This document shows, piece after piece, positions 57,009 to 64,000 of a stretch of DNA of 64,000 nucleotides; the stretch's first letter is position 1, and the number at the start of each line of letters is the position of its first letter. The stretch covers positions 372,001 to 436,000 of the forward strand of contig OZ025796.1 of assembly GCA_964019425.1 (NCBI GenBank), in the 5' to 3' direction. The notes beneath the pieces were generated by a model. That model did no database searches. It worked only from the letters and a program-made list of their open reading frames with translations, and was not told where the DNA came from. The stretch comes from Flectonema sp. DT1601 (taxonomy: Eukaryota). A program made the translations under genes and the position numbers.

Positions 57009-59831
57009 ATGGGAAAGTCGTTGTTTATATTCGAAGGTAGAATAAAAGAAATAATACTACCCTCACCAGCTGATGAGGAAATTGTTGTAATCTGGAAGAG
57101 AGGTTCCAACAGCGGAGAGATACCATGTCGAATCACAGGTTCGAGAGAGTTGAAGATGCCAAGCAGACAAGATATGAAATTTTCAACAAATTTAGAAAAG
57201 GAAAAAACAGGAAAATGGAAATCGAAGCTACTGACTTTAGTATTAACTAAGTCTTTGGGTCGTAAGGAAATTGGAAAAACAACAATTCCAATCGAGAGAT
57301 TCATGAAGGGATCAGAATCTCGTTCAATAGCAAATGTTAAAGACTACGTTCACATGATCGATTTGGGTAATGCGACGGCTACTTTAAAAATTGATTTTAT
57401 AATGTACCCCAACGTAGGAAGACCCTCAGGATTGTCTTTATCACATTCAAGAGAGCATCGAGAAGTACCTCATAATACTGGACAGAACACTGCGACAAGT
57501 AGTAGCAGTAAGGATGATGAAATAAATCGACTGAGGCAGCAGCTTACCGATGCTGAAACTAATTTCACAATTCGGTTATCGGAAATGCAATCGCAATCAC
57601 CTCCGAGTGTTGTTCCACAGCAGACGACAACATCGAGTGATCCTGAAACTCAAAAACTTGTTGAAGATTTACAAATGCACTCACTCACTCTTGAACACGA
57701 TAAGTCTTCTGCTGAACGCAAAGCCAACGAGCTCCAGGAACTTGTTTTTAGTCTTCAAAGTGAACTAGACTGCTGCAAGGTATCTAATCAATGCTTCTTT
57801 CTGTTTGAGTACGTTAGTCACGTTAATACTGCTGTGGGTATGCAGTGGGTAGTCTTAAACTAAATTTAAAAAAAAAAAAAAAAACAGCTTCGAATTTCGG
57901 AATTAGAAACAGAACTAGCGATAACAAAGATACAAGGAGGAAGTCAGAACGAAGGGTTACCAGCACCAGCTGCATCAGTACAGCAACATGGGCAATGGAC
58001 TGTCGACTTTACAGGAGGAGATAGTTCAACTACCACTCCATGGGAAAAGGGATTCTCTGACAAAGACTTTAATAGGCAAAACAGTTCTGTGAGTAGCCTA
58101 CGTGATGAGACAGAACAACCTGCGCAACCTGCAGGAGGTCAGCGACCCCTCTTCCCTCAGAATGAAAACTTATTCACCGCCGCGGCTAATCAAAATCAGA
58201 CTCAAGAAGGAGAAGTACAATCCGATTCATTATTTCCTACTGCACCTTCTTTTACAACACCCGAAGGTACAGCTCGTACTGTTGAAGCGTTCCCAAACCT
58301 TAATGCATCCCCAACTGGTGCAGAGGGAGACAGTTCATTATTTCAACCACAAGATGCATCGTTATTTAGTAGTCCTCCTCCAACGGGTTCTACGGCTGGA
58401 TTTCCAGCTGTTTCAGCTGGCGAACAAACCACTGGAGGAACTGACATGTTTGGATCACCGAATGGGGATCAGCAATCAAATCTGTTTGAGGCTCAGGCTG
58501 GCTTTCCTCAAGTTTCTGAAACGCCACCTGCGCAAACTAATCAGGAACCTGACAGTTTGTTCTCAGCTTCTGTTCCAATGCAGGTTGGTAATCAACCTGT
58601 GAAAGACTCTTCTCCTGGTGAGGGAGAGCATTTCTTTTCTCCTCCTCCGTTTGAATCACCGCCACCACAGGAGGAGCCTACTTCTCAGGGAGGTGGATTT
58701 CCTGCAGTTGAAAATTCAGAACAACAACCAGCAGTTGAATCTCTTTTTAGTAATCCTCCTCCTGGTCAAGATGATCATGTTTGGTCGCCAAAGTCGATGG
58801 ATTCTAATGAAGGAAGAGGTTTGAGCGAATTAGTCAGCAGTCCAATAATTGAAACACCATCACCACCACCAGTAACTTCACCACCAGTAGTAGTAAATCA
58901 AGTGTTTTTAGATCCTTTTATCGGATCTCCACAATCTGGTAATACCGGAAGTCCGAAATCAACAGAACGAGAACAGCAAATCAACCTCTCAACTGTTGGT
59001 CTTTGGAGTTCAGACATCAGCTCAACACCAGATGGTAAATGGTTGATCTCCTCATGTGATGATAATCTTTCACTCATCTCTGATGACAACATTACTCTAA
59101 CTGTTAGTAATTCATCATACACAAACGGAGAGACTGCAGGTTTAGACATGGGACCAGTCTTTGGGATCCTTGAATTAAAACTAACAGCCAAGACTCCGAT
59201 AACTAATATAATGGCGAGGATAATGCAAGCACCTCACAAACAAGTTGGGATAAATCAAACAGAGAGAGAGCTAATAGATTTGGGTGGTTCAGAGAGCGTG
59301 TTAATTGAATATCAAAATACCAGTAACTTTACTCCAAATATTGAACAAGGAGAATCATCTGTGGCAGAGTTTAGGTTGCGAGTTCAGAAGGCGTCTGTGA
59401 ATAGATTGAGATTCGATTTGAGATATCAAATAGGTGAGAACCCGACTGAGTTGTCAACACTACTGCCAGTTCATCCGTTAAAGTGGGCGTCTTCAACTGG
59501 AGACTTACTGACTAATATTGTTTCTGATACAATGCAGTTTGAAAAGTTTGCATTAGAACAAGAAATAACACTTCCTGTTCTCGCTATCTCCACAGAGAAT
59601 GTTTCTGTAAATCGTTCATCCTTTGTTGATATTCTTCGTTGTCTTAATTTCGCCGCAACTGCTTTCCCGGATGGAAAGGTTCTGGCGGCTACTTCTTTTG
59701 CACCTGCGCAACTTCTCATCGCTCGTATTAACATTTCTAATCCTCTTTCAATCTCAGTTGAGATTGCTGGAGGTACTGAAAGCCTCTGTAAGGCAGTTCG
59801 GCACACGCTCTTGTGTTTCTTTCTTCCGTAG
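57009..59831 (+). CDS. Two-exon gene (57009-57779, 57888-59831; 904 aa): N-terminal C2-like domain, coiled coil, low-complexity linker, adaptin-ear-like C terminus
   Basis: A phase-0 intron aag|gtatct...aaaacag|ctt joins the 284-aa and 580-aa ORFs in frame with no stop. IVVIWKRG and EIGKTTIPI resemble NT-C2. Confidence 0.8.
57780..57887 (+). other. 108-nt GT-AG spliceosomal intron
   Basis: Canonical ends, contains an in-frame stop, and removal restores a continuous coiled coil (ELDCCK/LRISELETEL). Confidence 0.8.
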
Positions 59832-59977
59832 CACTAAAAAAAGTAGTTTTCTGAAGGAAGCTCAATAGATTTTATGACATCTCTCAAAAAAAACTGATGT
59901 TTTTATGTTGTTGAAACATTTTTTAATTTTTTTTATTCTGATTCTGATGATTGGATTCGATTAGCGTTGATAGGAAA

Positions 59978-60029
59978 CGAGCAACAATGGCGAACAACAA
60001 TGGCGAGCAACAATGGCGAACAACAATGG
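59978..60029. repeat. 13-bp tandem repeat x4 (cgaRcaacaatgg)
   Basis: cgagcaacaatgg cgaacaacaatgg cgagcaacaatgg cgaacaacaatgg. Confidence 0.85.
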
Positions 60030-61296
60030 TTTGATGGAGTACTCTCCCGTCCCCTGGTGTGTTAGTCACCTGTATCTCAGAACTAATGTTAAATTATCGT
60101 TATTGTTTACGTACAAACTCGAACAGTTAGTCCCCTGGTGTATGGAAAATTAATCAGTCTCCTTTTGTTCAGATATTCGCTTCATTTAACGTCGTACTGT
60201 TTGTTTAAATTAACTCGGTATGATTGAAGAACTTTTCTGGTATTGGTTCGCTCAGTTAGGGTGTGTTGGAATATATTTATTTTTTCGTAATTATCGCTAC
60301 AATGAGAAAAAAAAAAAAAAAAAAAAAAAAAGAATTTAAAAAAAAAAAAAAAAAAAAAAAAACTCTGCAAATATGGTATTATCTATTTTCTTTGAATCTT
60401 ATTGTTTCCTTTCCCCCAATTACTTTTCTAAACGTAATTTTTCTTTTGATTAACGACTACAAAATATTTTTTTTCAGTCAAGTACTTGATTGTTTGCAAT
60501 ACCTAAAGTTGTTACTGTTTTTACATTGTCAAAGTTTCACCCCAATTACTTTGTTCTCCACGGGGAAAAAAAAACCGCCGAAGGATTTCGGAAATCCGAA
60601 AACTGGTTTTTTTTTGTACAAACCCATTGTTCGGTAGAAAGAGAATTGTGTCAGCATAACTAGCCTATTCTCTTTATTAGGATTTTGTACCGCTTTGTCG
60701 CACAAAACAAAACAAAAGTGTGAATAGTGAAGTTCGCTCCGATTCTTTTTTTCCACTATCTTTTTCTTCTGTTAGAGAAGTCGTCAATCTGAAGACGAGA
60801 AGTCTCTGTAAGCTAAGCAATTTAAACTAAACAGAGCCCTCACAAAGTAGTTGGTAGCTAAATACATCTGGTTAGTCAGTCAAACGAGGTTGACGGTATT
60901 ACGTTCTCGATGTCCCCTTTTCATTCACGAACCTGTTGGAAGGTAATCGAGGACACTATTATTTTTTTTTTTTCGGTGCGCAATTTTTTTTAACTCCTCC
61001 TCCCCATCCACGAACTGTTCGTTACAGACTTGAGTCTATCCGCCACAAACAATAATAAAAAAATAAGAAGGCAACCTAAAGTGTTGTTGTTTATAAACAC
61101 ATTTTTGTTGGATATTTCTTTTCCTTTTTTCCTTTTTTTTTGGAACTTTCCTTTGATGTAATGTTTGTTAATTACTTACTCAAAACCACAGGCACATATT
61201 CAACTAACGGCAAAGGAAAGACAAACACTCGAGGAATTACTGTTCTTTTTGAGTATACACTTTATTAAAATACTTTTTCTCAAATAGTAGAGAGAG

Positions 61297-63210
61297 ATGC
61301 CGCTGCCAAAAGAGGGATTCTCAGCAGTTCGTAACGGTGAACATATTGTGATATTCGGAGGTAAAGATGAGAGAGGAAAACTACTCCGATCGACACACGT
61401 CGTGGTAGATAATGAAATTCGTGAGCTTGAATGCAAAGGAAAAGTACCAAGTGCGAGGTGGTACCACACAGCTCACATGTGGAGAGGTAACATGATCGTT
61501 TTGTTGGGTCATCACACAATTGTAAGTGATCGCGACGACGGAGGTAAATCGATTTCGGTGTTGGACACTTCAACTAACATCTGGTCAACTGTCACCTGCA
61601 CTGGAACAGTACCACCGCATCTCGTTCATCACGGATCTGTTCTTATTGGAAATAAATTATTCGTATCTGGTGGATTTCAATATTTTTCTGTTGATGCAGA
61701 ACATTCTTCCTCAACATCAGATTCATCCGAAAACGACTCTACTTCTAGTAAAATGTATTGTTTAGACTTGACTACGAATTGTTGGTCAATTATTACAAAG
61801 AAACTACCAGAAGACTACACAGTCTGGGGTCACACTATGACTCCGTACGGTGATAAAATATTTTGCTATGGCGGAGTAAAACCAACTGGATTCGCATCTT
61901 CGGCAATCTGCGTCTACAATATCACTACTGACAGTTGGGAGGTGACTGATTCTAGAATTCAAAAAGCAATGTTCTCATACAGTCCTGCTGGTAAGACAAA
62001 GGATCAACAGATGGAACTAAAAGAAGGTAATTTAGTACGAACAATATTTAAAGACCCGAATGGAAATTGGAATAAGGGACTTGTGTCTGACACTCAATCA
62101 GCTTTTTATCCAGCTAAGTTTGTAGCACCGTTTCCACAACCGAGATTTTTACACCAAGCTGCTTCAACAATAAAAGGATTGTTTATAGCAGGTGGACGTG
62201 ATAAGACGTTACCGTTAAAAACTGATGACGAACCAAAAGCTCAAGAAGACTGCTGGCTGTTGGACTACAACTCATATAAGTGGACGGAAATTGAACTTCC
62301 GCCAAACGCGAAAAGTTCATTAGTAATGTCAAAGGGAGTACCTCAGGTATCGAGTATTATTGGTGATAATATAACTGTTGTACTTCCTTGGAAGCGTCTA
62401 AGGTATTCATACAATGCTGTTGGAGATATGAGCAATCCAACTGTTACGGAACTAAATCATACTAGTGCACCGAAATCTGTTGACGATGAATGGGATCCAA
62501 CCCCAGAAGTAGTTCACACTAACACCAACCTTAGTACTGATAGACGTACTGGTCCTGGTCCTGGTGGTGGTGGTGGTGGTGGTCCTGGTGGAGGTAGAGA
62601 AACACGAAGGGAATCTGATGACCACTCAAAGAGTAGATCGTCTAGTAAAAAAACAAAAAAAGGAAAGAACATTGTTGTTTACGTTATCGCTAATAAGAAT
62701 GAATCATCGCCCACTGCATCAAAAAATATCCCTTCTCCAGGATACGAAAGACATCTTTCAAGTAGCTCAAGTGATGATATCACCAGAGGAGAGAGAGTGA
62801 CAATGCCACCGTCAGTTCGTAGTGATAGTGTGGTAGGGTACCAACAATCACCAAGAGCTGGTTATTATCAATCACCTGGCAGGTACTACAGAGCTGGTGA
62901 GGAAGTCTTACAGCCAGCTCACTTAGCACCTTGTCCGGGAACGTCTACTTCACCTCCGAGGTCACGTCTTCATCGAATTAATGAAGGTAGTCGTTCCCCT
63001 CATTGTTCACATTCACCTTCAACTGAAGTGTATCAATCACCCTCATCACCTAAAGGATTTTATCCGAACTCTGCTCCTTCAGTTAGAATAGATCAGTCTG
63101 GTTTACCTCAAATTCAACAAAGTAGAGAGAGGCAATTACGTGTTACGAATCTTTCTCCAGCTCCTCCTGAGCGCCCATCACATGTTCCTCCGGGTGGTGT
63201 TTATAACTAA
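61297..63210 (+). CDS. Kelch-repeat protein with an inserted SH3-like domain and a Ser/Pro-rich tail
   Basis: IVIFGG, PSARWYHTA, LFVSGG, IFCYGG, PRFLHQA and LFIAGG kelch motifs; SH3-like segment at aa ~222-278. Confidence 0.85.
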   Translation: MPLPKEGFSAVRNGEHIVIFGGKDERGKLLRSTHVVVDNEIRELECKGKVPSARWYHTAHMWRGNMIVLLGHHTIVSDRDDGGKSISVLDTSTNIWSTVTCTGTVPPHLVHHGSVLIGNKLFVSGGFQYFSVDAEHSSSTSDSSENDSTSSKMYCLDLTTNCWSIITKKLPEDYTVWGHTMTPYGDKIFCYGGVKPTGFASSAICVYNITTDSWEVTDSRIQKAMFSYSPAGKTKDQQMELKEGNLVRTIFKDPNGNWNKGLVSDTQSAFYPAKFVAPFPQPRFLHQAASTIKGLFIAGGRDKTLPLKTDDEPKAQEDCWLLDYNSYKWTEIELPPNAKSSLVMSKGVPQVSSIIGDNITVVLPWKRLRYSYNAVGDMSNPTVTELNHTSAPKSVDDEWDPTPEVVHTNTNLSTDRRTGPGPGGGGGGGPGGGRETRRESDDHSKSRSSSKKTKKGKNIVVYVIANKNESSPTASKNIPSPGYERHLSSSSSDDITRGERVTMPPSVRSDSVVGYQQSPRAGYYQSPGRYYRAGEEVLQPAHLAPCPGTSTSPPRSRLHRINEGSRSPHCSHSPSTEVYQSPSSPKGFYPNSAPSVRIDQSGLPQIQQSRERQLRVTNLSPAPPERPSHVPPGGVYN

Positions 63211-64000
63211 TAATTGTAATAATAAATCTGAGTACACATCCAAACATGTCTAAGCGTCCCTTTAACGGGAAAGCGAAAAATGAAAAAAAAATTTTTTTTT
63301 TGTACTAATAAACCCAGTGTTCGTTTACTAGGATTTCGTACCGGGTTGCGCACAAACAAAACAAAGGTGTGAGTAAGAAAGTAAAATACGAAGTTTGCCG
63401 ATTCTTTTTTTTGGATACTAAATCCAAGACAATGAACTGAAACTGTTTCACATCCTGGGATTGTTTTTTTTTTTTTTTTTTTTTTTGTAATCTCTTGCAT
63501 TGATAATTTATTTTAAGTTACTTTACTTTGAACTTTCAGTGAGTATTAGTTTTTTTTATGCTGACTCTCCCGAATTAAAAAATAAAAAAAATAATGGTAA
63601 TAAAGCTCAGGGCTTGTAGTAAATCGCTGTTTAGTAAACTTTTTCCTGTAATGTGTTGTATTACTTGTTTCCCTACGAACAAAGGGATTCCCCCCCCTTT
63701 TTTTTTTTTTTTTTTTTTGCAATTAACAAGTATTGTAAGAACGAAAAAGAATGTTGGCAGCACACGTAAACTTTCTTTAGCTTTATCAGTTTAAGTCGGT
63801 TCACGGGTTTCGTGCACACAACCAATTCTTTTTTTTTGTACCGACGTAGTCGGAGAAGAAACTATTCAGATTGAGAACGCCGGTATTTCTTATCGTCATG
63901 ATTTATTTTCCCCCGTGCGACAGGATTTTGTCTGCGTTCGACGAAATATACGGCTAATCTGAAATGTTTTTTTTTTTTTTTTGTTGTAATTAAAAAAAGA

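Overview
AT-rich eukaryotic (protist-like) nuclear DNA with many homopolymer tracts, in three parts. (1) 1-27356 is a nested cluster of three near-identical copies of one non-LTR retrotransposon with RT, CCHC knuckle and restriction-like endonuclease (R2 superfamily, most HERO-like). Copy A (16527-27356, minus) looks intact. Its reading frame is open for 1721 codons, includes two N-terminal zinc fingers upstream of the first ATG, and continues about 550 aa past the endonuclease. Its 3' UTR exceeds 5.5 kb and carries a variable array of ~115-145 bp hairpin-rich repeats. Copy B (minus; 13169-16526 plus 1-5950) is 5'-truncated, has a nonsense mutation and is split by inverted, 5'-truncated copy C (5951-13168, plus). 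The cluster abuts the 21-bp coding minisatellite of a host gene. (2) 27357-46223 is a tandem array of five DOMON-cytochrome b561 (CYBDOM-type) genes. The four complete copies have 3 or 4 DOMON domains, and the Pro/Thr stalks range from about 10 to at least 78 heptads. (3) 46.9-63.2 kb holds single-copy genes, all on the plus strand: a membrane DnaJ, a type I membrane protein, an ankyrin-J-LOTUS protein, an RRP3/DDX47 helicase, an intron-containing C2/adaptin-ear-like protein and a kelch protein with an SH3-like insert. A decayed Sola2-like DNA transposon (ATAT target duplication) also lies here. Domain calls come from motif recognition by eye, without database searches. The one-strand, intron-poor gene cluster suggests a euglenozoan-type genome, which is inference only.
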